Made by a program: the position numbers and the translations under genes. From an uncultured Bacteriovoracaceae bacterium (GTDB lineage: Bacteria > Bdellovibrionota > Bacteriovoracia > Bacteriovoracales > Bacteriovoracaceae): 64,000 nt of DNA. The DNA lies in assembly GCA_964012805.1 (NCBI GenBank), contig CAXGUD010000003.1:1-64000 (forward strand), written 5' to 3'. Shown one piece after another: positions 20,799 through 29,855 of the stretch. The notes beneath the pieces are model-generated. The model saw nothing but the letters and a program-made list of their open reading frames with translations. It was not told the DNA's origin and did not search any database. Each line of letters begins with the position of its first letter. Within the stretch, counting starts at the first letter, position 1.

Positions 20799-23386
20799 GC
20801 AATATCAATCAGGACCTCCAGGCCACACATAAGATTTTAACAATTATTGAGCAATCAAAATCTAATAATGATGAACTTTTAGATCATCTTCCGGGAATTT
20901 TCTGCATCATAGATGAAGAAGCTAAAATCCTTCGAGGTAACCTAGAGTTATCTAATATTTTCAATATAGATCTAGAAGATTTAATTGAAAAAGACTTTAG
21001 TACAATTTTTTCTAAAGAGATCTGGAAGATTTTTAAAGGGAAAATAGATGCTCTTGATGGAAAAAGTGATGAACTTCAGTTTGAACTAGAAATCCATAAA
21101 GAAGGAGACGATGAAAGTAAATCCTTTTATTGGTATATTTCAAACTTTTCAAGTGGCAAGGAAAATAAGAAGAAATTTTATAGTATTGTTGGTGAAGATA
21201 TTTCCGAGCTAAGGAAAAAAGAAAAGCAGTTAATGGAAATTTTCTCTAGTATACCTCTAGGAATTTTAACTATAGGACCTAATAAAAAAATAGAACCACA
21301 ATATTCACAATTCACTGAGTACCTCCTAGATAATAAAGAGTTACAAGGAAAAGATTTAGAAAGTACTATTTTTAAAGAGACATTGGAAGATTGTGAGCCT
21401 GAGGTAAGGGAAGGAGTTAATAATATTATTGGCTCAATTGGAGAAAATGATCTAATTTTCGAATCATTGAAATCAACATTTCCTTCTAAAATTTGGTATC
21501 CAATAAAAGATAATTTAGATGGTGGAAGATGGATCGGTTTAACTTATCAACCCGTTGTATACAGTGGAGTAGTTAAAAGAATACTTGTCATTTGCGAAGA
21601 TAGAACTAAGATCATTCAAAGCGAAGAAGCCTTAAAAGATTCCCAAATGCTTGAAGACAAAAGTATAGCTAGAATTCTTCAAATCAAAAAGTCGGATCAG
21701 AGTATGCTCCCTCTTTTCATGAAGGAAATTGAGGAATTAGTTTCTCGATTATCGGCCCTTCATAAAGAGGAAGATTCTAAAGAGATTTGTAATGTACTCC
21801 ATGGTGTAAAGGGTAATGCTAGGGTTGCTGGATTTGATTTTTTGACTTCGTTAAGTCATGAGCTTGAAACCTATGTATTAGATAAAAATAAATCTGAAAA
21901 TGAATCAAAGTGGAAAGATATTGGTGATAGGGTTCATGACATAAAAGAGGAATGGAAAGAAATTAACTCTCTGTATAGATCACTTTCTCCATCAGATGGT
22001 GACCAAGCTGATAATGAAAAGGTAGACTCCGATGTTGCTGAGCTATTTGAGCGGTATAGCAAGATGCTTAATGAATCTAGCTTTTCAGAAGATCCCATTA
22101 AAACAGAAAGAATGATGCTTGCAATAAAGAGTATAAATTTCTCATCTATAGATGATTTGAATGAGACTATCTTACATAAGGCTGAAAAAACCGCAGAAAA
22201 ACTAAGTAAAAAAGTTGAAGTAAAGTTTGATTGGAACTCTATAATTCTCGAAGATTATACTAAGTCTTCTCTTAGCGAATCTCTTTTACATCTTGTGACC
22301 AATGCTATCAGTCATGGGGTGGAGGCTCCTGATAAAAGAACTCAGTTAGGCAAAAAAGAAGTTGGCCAAATTAACATCAAGGCCAGAGAAAAAGACGGTA
22401 TGATCTTTCTTGATGTTCACGATGATGGGGCAGGTATTTCTTTTAGTTCGATAGTTCGTACTGCAGTTAAACGTAAGATTATCACTTTAGAAAAAGTTAC
22501 CCAAATAAGTAGGTCAGAATTATTGAAATTAGTTTTTGAGCCAGGCTTTTCTACAGCTCAAGAGCTAACCGAAATATCTGGTCGTGGTGTTGGAATGGAT
22601 GTTGTTGCGGAAAGAGTGAAAGAACTTGGTGGTGACATAACTCTTGATACCAAAGAGGGAAAAGGTACTCGGTTTAGCATGAGTATGAGGACTGGAAAAA
22701 AGACTGAAGTTAATCGGAATGTTGTTTCCCTATCCAGGTTCAAAAATTTACTTGAAAAGAATATCCAATCTCTTGGAAAAGAGAAAAGTGTCGAATTAGA
22801 TTTCGAAAAAAGTGGAGATGCAACTTTGTCAAAAGGGATGATCTTTTGTGATATGCCTAGATTGACACTTGCAGTGACAACATATTTGGGATCATATTTA
22901 AAAGAAGGGGGATCTTACAAGCTCCATTCTTTCAGGGAAGGTAATCAATTTAACATCCATGTTCAATGTATAAAAGAAGGTGATGATCAAAGTAAATGGG
23001 CAGAGTTTTCAAAACCACTCTCTTTTTGCCTTGATTATTTAAAAAAACACGGTGGAAATGTTAGTATTACGAGTGAAAAAATGGAGATATCTTTTGGCCA
23101 TATTTTAGGTAAAACAGATATTCCTGATCTTCATGTGGCTTTTGAAAAAGGAATTTCTGAAGACGATGCTAAAATTACGGTTGAAAGAATTTTGAGTATT
23201 AAAGATGAACTAGATCTGTCGCTTGAAATAGATCTAAAACCTGATAGATATACTAATCTTCTTGTAGTTTCAAATCCTTCAGAATCTAAAGACTTATCCT
23301 TAACTCTTGGAGCATCCAAAGCAAGTCTTCAAAAGGAGTTAAGGAAAAAAGTTGAGTCAATCGTTTCGGCAATTGATAGGTTCTAA
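20795..23386 (+). CDS. Cytoplasmic CheA-like kinase: PAS-PAS-like-Hpt-HATPase plus C-terminal extension, copy 1
   Basis: LHGVKGNARV, HLVTNAISHG, DDGAG, FEPGFST, SGRGVGMDVV; ATGA overlap with the upstream gene. Confidence 0.88.
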   Translation: MSNINQDLQATHKILTIIEQSKSNNDELLDHLPGIFCIIDEEAKILRGNLELSNIFNIDLEDLIEKDFSTIFSKEIWKIFKGKIDALDGKSDELQFELEIHKEGDDESKSFYWYISNFSSGKENKKKFYSIVGEDISELRKKEKQLMEIFSSIPLGILTIGPNKKIEPQYSQFTEYLLDNKELQGKDLESTIFKETLEDCEPEVREGVNNIIGSIGENDLIFESLKSTFPSKIWYPIKDNLDGGRWIGLTYQPVVYSGVVKRILVICEDRTKIIQSEEALKDSQMLEDKSIARILQIKKSDQSMLPLFMKEIEELVSRLSALHKEEDSKEICNVLHGVKGNARVAGFDFLTSLSHELETYVLDKNKSENESKWKDIGDRVHDIKEEWKEINSLYRSLSPSDGDQADNEKVDSDVAELFERYSKMLNESSFSEDPIKTERMMLAIKSINFSSIDDLNETILHKAEKTAEKLSKKVEVKFDWNSIILEDYTKSSLSESLLHLVTNAISHGVEAPDKRTQLGKKEVGQINIKAREKDGMIFLDVHDDGAGISFSSIVRTAVKRKIITLEKVTQISRSELLKLVFEPGFSTAQELTEISGRGVGMDVVAERVKELGGDITLDTKEGKGTRFSMSMRTGKKTEVNRNVVSLSRFKNLLEKNIQSLGKEKSVELDFEKSGDATLSKGMIFCDMPRLTLAVTTYLGSYLKEGGSYKLHSFREGNQFNIHVQCIKEGDDQSKWAEFSKPLSFCLDYLKKHGGNVSITSEKMEISFGHILGKTDIPDLHVAFEKGISEDDAKITVERILSIKDELDLSLEIDLKPDRYTNLLVVSNPSESKDLSLTLGASKASLQKELRKKVESIVSAIDRF

Positions 23387-23407
23387 AAAAAATAAAAATC
23401 TTATTTT

Positions 23408-23440
23408 AAAAAAAGCCTCCAATTTGGAGGCTTTTTTTTT
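23408..23440 (+). terminator. Rho-independent (bidirectional-type) terminator
   Basis: A-run, GCCTCCA-ATT-TGGAGGC, T9. Confidence 0.9.
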
Positions 23441-23522
23441 GCCTAACAAATTCAAATAAAGCCATGGCCAAGAAGTAAAAAACAATTCTATTATTAGTTA
23501 GCTCTATAAAGTTTAACCAAGG

Positions 23523-24110
23523 ATGGACGTTTTTATGACTGAAGCTCAAATAGATCCTGAGTGTTTAAAAAGAATGAGGGACTTAGTCAGAAATGTTTCT
23601 ATAGATCGGTTCAAAAGAGCTGCTCAGAATGAAAATTATATTCTTTTAGAAACATCTCAATTAAAAAGAGACGTTTATGATCACTGGATGGCTTTAATAC
23701 TAGTTTCTGGTAAAGCCCTTAGAATAACTTTAAAAGTACACTTTAATATAAAATCTTCCAGAAAAATGGCATCACCGATTTATGGGATTAATCCAGAGAA
23801 ACTAGAAATTCGACAAGCTAAAGATTTCATAAAAGAATTCTGTAATTTATCTGCGGGATATATAAAAAAGATATTTGAAGACCAATCAATAGATGTAGGG
23901 ATAAGTTTACCTCTAGTGATTAGAGGTTTTGATGAAGTTTTTTTTGAAAGACAAGATAAAGAATCTATTATTGAGGATAAATTTAGAATAGAAAGTGGTG
24001 GCGTTGGAGTTCTTTGCACTAATATAGTTGAGGTTTTTAATCAGAGTCTTTTAAACGATGTAGACATTAATATTGAGGAAGAAGAAGAAGAGGAGATCGA
24101 TTTCTTATGA
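23523..24110 (+). CDS. CheX-like protein, copy 2
   Basis: DFIKEFCNLSAG, GISLPLVIRGFDEVFF; tail EEEEEEEIDFL. Confidence 0.75.
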   Translation: MDVFMTEAQIDPECLKRMRDLVRNVSIDRFKRAAQNENYILLETSQLKRDVYDHWMALILVSGKALRITLKVHFNIKSSRKMASPIYGINPEKLEIRQAKDFIKEFCNLSAGYIKKIFEDQSIDVGISLPLVIRGFDEVFFERQDKESIIEDKFRIESGGVGVLCTNIVEVFNQSLLNDVDINIEEEEEEEIDFL

Positions 24111-26704
24111 GCGAAATTAATAAGGACCTTCAGGCTACTCACAAAATATTAACTATTGTAGAGCAATCAAAGTCTCATAATGATGAGCTTTTGGACAAAC
24201 TCCCCGGTGTTTTCGCCATTGTCGATGAAAAGGCAAAAATTCTCAGAGGGAATTTGTTTCTTTCTGGAATTTTTGATTGCGAATTAGAAGAAATCATTGA
24301 AAAAGATCTTTCTTCTATTTTTAGTCAAGAAGCTTGGAATATATTCCAGAAAAAAATTATAGATGTAAAAGATAGTGACGGAAAAGATGAACAATTTGAA
24401 CTAGAGCTTGAAAGTAAGAAGGATGATGAGAGCAAATCCTTTTACTGGTATATTTCAAAATTTTCTCCGAGTAAAAAAAATGATAGAGATTTTTACTCTA
24501 TAGTCGGTGAAGATATTTCAGAGCTTAGAAAAAAAGAAAAACAGCTCATGGAAATATTTTCAAGTATTCCGCTAGGAATTTTGACGGTCAGTTCTGATAA
24601 AACTATTGATCCCCAATATTCTCAATTTACGGAATATCTGCTCGATAGAAAAGATTTGGAAGGAAAGAATTTTGAAGAAGTTCTTTTCAGCTATACGTCT
24701 GCAAATGGAACACCTGAAGAGAAGGAAGGTGTTAACAATATAAAAGCATCGATAGGTGAAAATGAGCTTATCTTCGAATCTTTGAAATCTACTTTTCCAA
24801 CTCAAGTCTGGTATCCAATTGATAATAATTTGGATGGGGGGAGATGGTTAGGGATAAGTTATCAACCAGTTGTTTATAGCGGATCTGTAAAAAGATTACT
24901 CATTATTTGCGAGGATAGAACAAAAATTATCCAAAGTGAGGAAGCATTAAAAGACACACAGATGTTGGAAGATCAGAGTATTGCAAGAATTCTTCAAATT
25001 AAGAAATCAGACCAAAATATGCTTCCCCTATTTGTGAAGGAAATTAACGCTCTAATGGAAAAACTTGAACCTCATATTGAAGCAAAAGAGTCTAGAGAGC
25101 TCTGTAACTCCCTCCATGGAATAAAAGGTAATGCAAGAGTTGCAGGTTTTGATTTTCTTACCAATCTTTCCCATGAGCTTGAAACTTTTGTCTTGGATAA
25201 AAATAAACCAGAAAATGACGGCAAATGGACTGAAATTGGGGAAAGCATACAGGGTATTAAAAATGAGTGGAGTGAAATAGAGTCTCTCTATAATTCTTTA
25301 ATGAAAGTTAATAAGGAAGAGGGAAAGAACTCTAATTTAGATGATGATGTTTCAGACTTATTTGAAAGGTATAGCAGAATTTTAAATGCAGGAAAATTAG
25401 GTGATGATCCACTTAAAGCTGAAAGAATGATGTTAGCAATAAAGTCTATTAACTTCTCCAATCTAGACGATCTCAAAGATAAGTTATCCGTTCAGGTGGA
25501 TAAAACAGCAGAAAAATTAGGGAAAGAAGTTAATTTTAATTTTCAATTCGATGAGGTGACTGTTGAAGAATATGCCAAATCGTCTTTAAGCGAGTCCTTA
25601 CTTCATATTCTTAACAACTGTGTTGGTCATGGCATTGAAATGCCTGACGATAGAGAGATGATGGGTAAAGAAAGGGCGGGCCAAATTGATATTGTTATTC
25701 GGGAAGGAAAATCTGGATTTCTTGATATAAAAGTATCAGATGATGGTGCTGGAATATCTTTTTCTTCCATTGTAAAAAATGCTGTGAAGAAAAAAATAAT
25801 CGACCTCGATAAAGTTCCTGACATTAGCAAAGAAGAGTTACTTAACCTTGTGTTCGAGCCAGGTTTTTCTACCGCAGAAAATGTAACTGACGTCAGTGGA
25901 AGAGGCGTAGGAATGGATGTTGTAGCGGAAAGAATGAAAGAACTTGAAGGTTCGATAGCTCTAGATTCTATTGAGGGAAAAGGCACAACTTTTGTTCTTA
26001 AGATGAAAAGTGGAAAAAAATCTGAAATAAATAGAACTGTTTTCCCGTTGAAAAAATTTAAAGAGATCATAGTAAAAAATATTATCCAAACTGGGAAAGA
26101 AAAGAATGCCAACTTATCCTTTGATGAGGAAGGAATTGAAGAGCTTGATAAAGGAATTATCTATGGAGATATTTCCAGAATCATTTTAAGTTTGACGACA
26201 TATGTTGGAAGTTTTGTTAAAGGTGGAGGAGATTATAATTTTAAAGTTTCTAGAAACGGAACAAAAATTATTTGTCATGTCCATGCCAAAAAGCAAGGTA
26301 AGGATAAAAAGAAACTCGCTGAATTTAATCGTCCATTGAATTTCTGCCAGGAATATTTAAGGCAACATGGTGGGAATATAAATTTGGATGGAAATAAATT
26401 AGAGGTTTCCTTTGGTAACTTATTAACAAAAACTGAGATACCTGAAATAAATATCGCCTTTGAAAAAACAATAAGTGAAGTCGATGCTCAAAGCACCAAA
26501 GAAAAAATTGAGCAAGTGAAAGCTGAATTAGACCTTCCTATAAATATTTCTAATAAGCCAAACATACAAACAAACCTAATGGTTTTGACAACTCCTTCTA
26601 ACTCTGGGGATTTAAATCTTACTTTGGGTTCATCAAAAGCAAGCATCCAAAAAGATCTAAGAAGAAAAATAGAATCAATTTTCAGGGCCCTTGATAATTT
26701 CTGA
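24107..26704 (+). CDS. Cytoplasmic CheA-like kinase, copy 2
   Basis: LHGIKGNARV, HILNNCVGHGIE, DDGAG, SGRGVGMDVV; ATGA overlap. Confidence 0.88.
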   Translation: MSEINKDLQATHKILTIVEQSKSHNDELLDKLPGVFAIVDEKAKILRGNLFLSGIFDCELEEIIEKDLSSIFSQEAWNIFQKKIIDVKDSDGKDEQFELELESKKDDESKSFYWYISKFSPSKKNDRDFYSIVGEDISELRKKEKQLMEIFSSIPLGILTVSSDKTIDPQYSQFTEYLLDRKDLEGKNFEEVLFSYTSANGTPEEKEGVNNIKASIGENELIFESLKSTFPTQVWYPIDNNLDGGRWLGISYQPVVYSGSVKRLLIICEDRTKIIQSEEALKDTQMLEDQSIARILQIKKSDQNMLPLFVKEINALMEKLEPHIEAKESRELCNSLHGIKGNARVAGFDFLTNLSHELETFVLDKNKPENDGKWTEIGESIQGIKNEWSEIESLYNSLMKVNKEEGKNSNLDDDVSDLFERYSRILNAGKLGDDPLKAERMMLAIKSINFSNLDDLKDKLSVQVDKTAEKLGKEVNFNFQFDEVTVEEYAKSSLSESLLHILNNCVGHGIEMPDDREMMGKERAGQIDIVIREGKSGFLDIKVSDDGAGISFSSIVKNAVKKKIIDLDKVPDISKEELLNLVFEPGFSTAENVTDVSGRGVGMDVVAERMKELEGSIALDSIEGKGTTFVLKMKSGKKSEINRTVFPLKKFKEIIVKNIIQTGKEKNANLSFDEEGIEELDKGIIYGDISRIILSLTTYVGSFVKGGGDYNFKVSRNGTKIICHVHAKKQGKDKKKLAEFNRPLNFCQEYLRQHGGNINLDGNKLEVSFGNLLTKTEIPEINIAFEKTISEVDAQSTKEKIEQVKAELDLPINISNKPNIQTNLMVLTTPSNSGDLNLTLGSSKASIQKDLRRKIESIFRALDNF

Positions 26705-26716
26705 GGGACATTTTTG

Positions 26717-26756
26717 AAAAGGCATCTTTATTTGAAAGAATAGGGATGCTTTTTTT
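26717..26756 (+). terminator. Hairpin terminator between convergent genes
   Basis: AAAAGGCATCTTTA...TAGGGATGCTTTTTTT, imperfect stem with G-U pairs. Confidence 0.6.
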
Positions 26757-26757
26757 A

Positions 26758-27645
26758 TTATAGAAACTCTACGTCTGAACTAGGTGGAGTAAAAGGGACT
26801 TCTGTAAGGTCGAAAAGTTTCTTTCCTTCATGGTCAATATAACCGAGAGTTAGCGAAAAGATGTTTTTCTCTTCCCTTAGTACGATTTCTGGAAAGTATA
26901 TTTTACCAAAATTGACTCGTGAATTTCTATCGTAGGATTGGGGTATTGATATTTTGGCTTTTATATCTATTTTGGTAAAATTATAGTTTACTATACCAAT
27001 ATATTGATTCATGAATTCTCGGAAGTAGTCTTCTAGCTTACCTTCTGTTTCACCTTGAAGCGTTTCCGAGTTTGACCTTAAATTTTCCTCGTTAACCCTT
27101 AAAACGAATCGACCTGTTGTTGACTCAAAAGAGTTTTCACAAATGGTCATGTAATCGCATTCTTCAATTCCAGGTCCGCTATCTAAAGTCCAGACTGTTT
27201 GAATATCTTTGAATATAAATGGGAAAATATAATTGGCACAAGATACTGAAAATTTGTTGAGTCCTCCCGGCATCCTTGAACGATCTCTAACAGAAAAAGA
27301 AGCTTTCATAAAGTCTTCATTAAAGTCACCAAAGACAATCTTTTCATGATGCTTCTCAGGTATGTCTAGGTCTGTTGAGGGGTTGAAAAGGATGAAGTCC
27401 AGCTTAAGGGGACCAAGCGCATTAAAAAGAATATTTAGGGTGTCCTGATCAATTCCGTCAAGAAATAGATAAATGTCGATGAAGTACTTAACCCTATCAA
27501 TTGTATCTAAGAACTCATCGATATCGTATACTTCTGCAACTTTAAACTTTTTCTCTTTCGCCAGTTTTTTATTTATCTCTTTAACTTCCTGAGGCGTATT
27601 AAAGGATACAAGATAACTAGAGTTTGAGAAGATAAATTTTGGCAT
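26758..27645 (-). CDS. Putative receiver-like + CheX-like fusion
   Basis: DYFREFMNQYIG (ExxN), ISIP; ends SSDVEFL; alpha/beta N-terminal domain. Confidence 0.55.
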   Translation of the reverse strand: MPKFIFSNSSYLVSFNTPQEVKEINKKLAKEKKFKVAEVYDIDEFLDTIDRVKYFIDIYLFLDGIDQDTLNILFNALGPLKLDFILFNPSTDLDIPEKHHEKIVFGDFNEDFMKASFSVRDRSRMPGGLNKFSVSCANYIFPFIFKDIQTVWTLDSGPGIEECDYMTICENSFESTTGRFVLRVNEENLRSNSETLQGETEGKLEDYFREFMNQYIGIVNYNFTKIDIKAKISIPQSYDRNSRVNFGKIYFPEIVLREEKNIFSLTLGYIDHEGKKLFDLTEVPFTPPSSDVEFL

Positions 27646-27741
27646 CTTTTGTCCCTAATCCTTAGACAATCACGAACTACCATAAAATTATAATCAATTT
27701 GGTCTAAAAAAACCATTAATGGGAAAGAATGTTCTCATTAA

Positions 27742-28944
27742 TTAAACACAATTTTTAATACTTAGAGAAATTCCTTGGCCAACACCTATGCACATCGTGG
27801 CCAAACCATTTTTAAGGTTTTTATCTTTAGACATTATGTGGATCAGAGTAGTCAGGATTCTAGTCCCTGAACATCCGAGAGGGTGTCCTAATGCAATTGA
27901 ACCACCATTAAGGTTGACTATTTTGGGGTCTATTTCCAACTCTTTTAGGCAACCCAAACTTTGTGCCGCAAATGCTTCGTTAAGTTCAACAACATCAAAG
28001 TCCTGAGGAGTCATTCCAAATTTTCTGCAAAGCTCTTTGGTTGATTCGACTGGACCTAGTCCCATGGTGTTTGGATGAAGACCTTTGACTGCTGCCCCAG
28101 TGACTTGAGCTAATGGCTTTAAATTATGTTTATCTAAAAACTCTTTGGATACAACCATGACAAGAGAAGCACCATCATTAAGGCTAGAGGCATTACCGGC
28201 CGTCACACTACCACCCTCTCGAAAAACAGGTTTAAGTGAGGACAATTTTTCTATTGAGGTGTCTTTCCTTGGTCCTTCATCTTTTGAAACTGTTATTGTT
28301 TCTTTTCTCTTTTTGATTTCAACGGGAACAACTTCTTCGTTAAAGCGCCCGGAATCCATTGCATCGACAGCTTTACGGTGGGAATCAAGGGCAAATTTAT
28401 CTTGGTCTTCTCTAGGGATGTTGAGAAGGGACGCAACTTCTTCAGCCGTTTCACCCATACTCCATAAAGGGAACATTTCTTTCATTTTAGGATTTGGAAA
28501 CCTCCACCCAAATGATGTGTCAAAAAGCTTTTGTCCTCTACCGTAAGGCCCCGAAGATTTGCTTAAAGCGTAGGGAGCTCTTGTCATGCCTTCAACCCCA
28601 CCGACAACTATACATTCACCAAACCCGCTGGAAATTCTAGCTACAGCTCCCATAACGGCATCGAGGGAGGATCCACATAAGCGGTTAATGGTTGTGCCTG
28701 GAACAGAAAAAGGCAGTCCACCTAGAAGAAGAGACATGCGGGCAATATTTCTATTGTCCTCTCCCGCTTGATTTGCACAACCCACTATGACATCGTCGAT
28801 TTCTGAAGGATCAAAGTTCAAAGAATTCTTCAGGTCTTGAACGAGCACGGCCATTAAGTCATCAACTCTAATATCAGAGAGAGATCCATTAATTCTACCT
28901 ATAGGCGTTCTTTTAGCGTGTACAATATAAGTCTCTTTCAACAT
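27742..28944 (-). CDS. Thiolase (PaaJ/PcaF-like)
   Basis: GCANQAGEDNRN, NRLCGS, NEAF, GHPLG, MCIGVGQG; next to paa genes. Confidence 0.92.
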   Translation of the reverse strand: MLKETYIVHAKRTPIGRINGSLSDIRVDDLMAVLVQDLKNSLNFDPSEIDDVIVGCANQAGEDNRNIARMSLLLGGLPFSVPGTTINRLCGSSLDAVMGAVARISSGFGECIVVGGVEGMTRAPYALSKSSGPYGRGQKLFDTSFGWRFPNPKMKEMFPLWSMGETAEEVASLLNIPREDQDKFALDSHRKAVDAMDSGRFNEEVVPVEIKKRKETITVSKDEGPRKDTSIEKLSSLKPVFREGGSVTAGNASSLNDGASLVMVVSKEFLDKHNLKPLAQVTGAAVKGLHPNTMGLGPVESTKELCRKFGMTPQDFDVVELNEAFAAQSLGCLKELEIDPKIVNLNGGSIALGHPLGCSGTRILTTLIHIMSKDKNLKNGLATMCIGVGQGISLSIKNCV

Positions 28945-29004
28945 GTTTATGTCCTTATCCAGGTCTTTGTCTTTTTGCAGAGTGGCTTTGGTGCAAACTT
29001 TTTT

Positions 29005-29820
29005 CTAAGTCGGCTGATCAGATTCTTTGTAGTCTGGTACTTCAAGCCCCCACTTTTTGCAAAGAGGTAATATATCATCGAGAAAGGCTTGTCTAATTTC
29101 CCCATTAGTTCTTTTTTTAAGCCCTAGCCTGACGTAAAGGTCATTTGTTTGGCTTCTGGTACTTCCAAAAACGTTCATAACTCGTGGCCACCAAAGGTTA
29201 AGCCTTTCTTGAAGAAATGGTTTTTCTTTTGGGTCTTGGGCCAAAATACCAATCCACTTGTCTCCATGGACAACGTGGAAAGTCTCTTCTTTAAAGATCC
29301 CTGCAATATTCTTCTTCCATGGGAGGTAAGATGATTCTAGAGTGTCTTCTAATTGGTGGCCTGCAGCCCTATCCATAAGAAAATTAAAAAGGATAAAGTC
29401 ATGCCAATACTTAATATTGTAGTAAAAAATATTTACTCTGTAGTCGTCTTTAACTCTTTTGAAGCCAATTTGCGCCTCGTCTTCTTCAATTTTATAACCA
29501 AGCTCTTTTGTGTTTGTGTGGTCGAGGGTTTTCTCACCAAGGCCATCAAGTAATCTGTAAACAACTTGAGCGTGGCGCATTTCATCCTTTACAATTTGTG
29601 CTACGAGCACTTTTTCATGCAGGCTTGGAGCTTTTTCAATCCAAGGCATATAGCCAAGTGCACCCGCGTATTCGCTATCTCCTTGCATCCAGAGGAGGTT
29701 TAAGAGGTGCTTTTTGTAAAAGGGTGGAAGTTCGTCGCCTAAGTCGAATGTACGCCCACTTTTAATATCATCAAAGAGTTTAAGTTCTTCCTCACCGTAT
29801 TGATTCTGTTCTGTACTCAT
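29005..29820 (-). CDS. paaA: PaaA-like di-iron phenylacetyl-CoA epoxidase subunit
   Basis: DSE, WIEKAPSL, DEMRH, FLMD, SSYLP, EETFH, WWP..FG. Confidence 0.75.
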   Translation of the reverse strand: MSTEQNQYGEEELKLFDDIKSGRTFDLGDELPPFYKKHLLNLLWMQGDSEYAGALGYMPWIEKAPSLHEKVLVAQIVKDEMRHAQVVYRLLDGLGEKTLDHTNTKELGYKIEEDEAQIGFKRVKDDYRVNIFYYNIKYWHDFILFNFLMDRAAGHQLEDTLESSYLPWKKNIAGIFKEETFHVVHGDKWIGILAQDPKEKPFLQERLNLWWPRVMNVFGSTRSQTNDLYVRLGLKKRTNGEIRQAFLDDILPLCKKWGLEVPDYKESDQPT

Positions 29821-29855
29821 GTGATGCTCCCTTGTTTAAAAAAAATTGTTTTTTC

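Larger units (their letters stand above)
20223..26704 (+). repeat. Diverged tandem duplication of the cheX-like + kinase module
   Basis: Two ~3.2 kb units with colinear proteins and long identical blocks (e.g. GEDISELRKKEKQLMEIFSSIPLGILT). Confidence 0.95.

Noticed and set aside
20223..26704. Duplication as an assembly artefact or transposon product
   Set aside because: Copies differ throughout, including indels; no transposase or terminal repeats seen.
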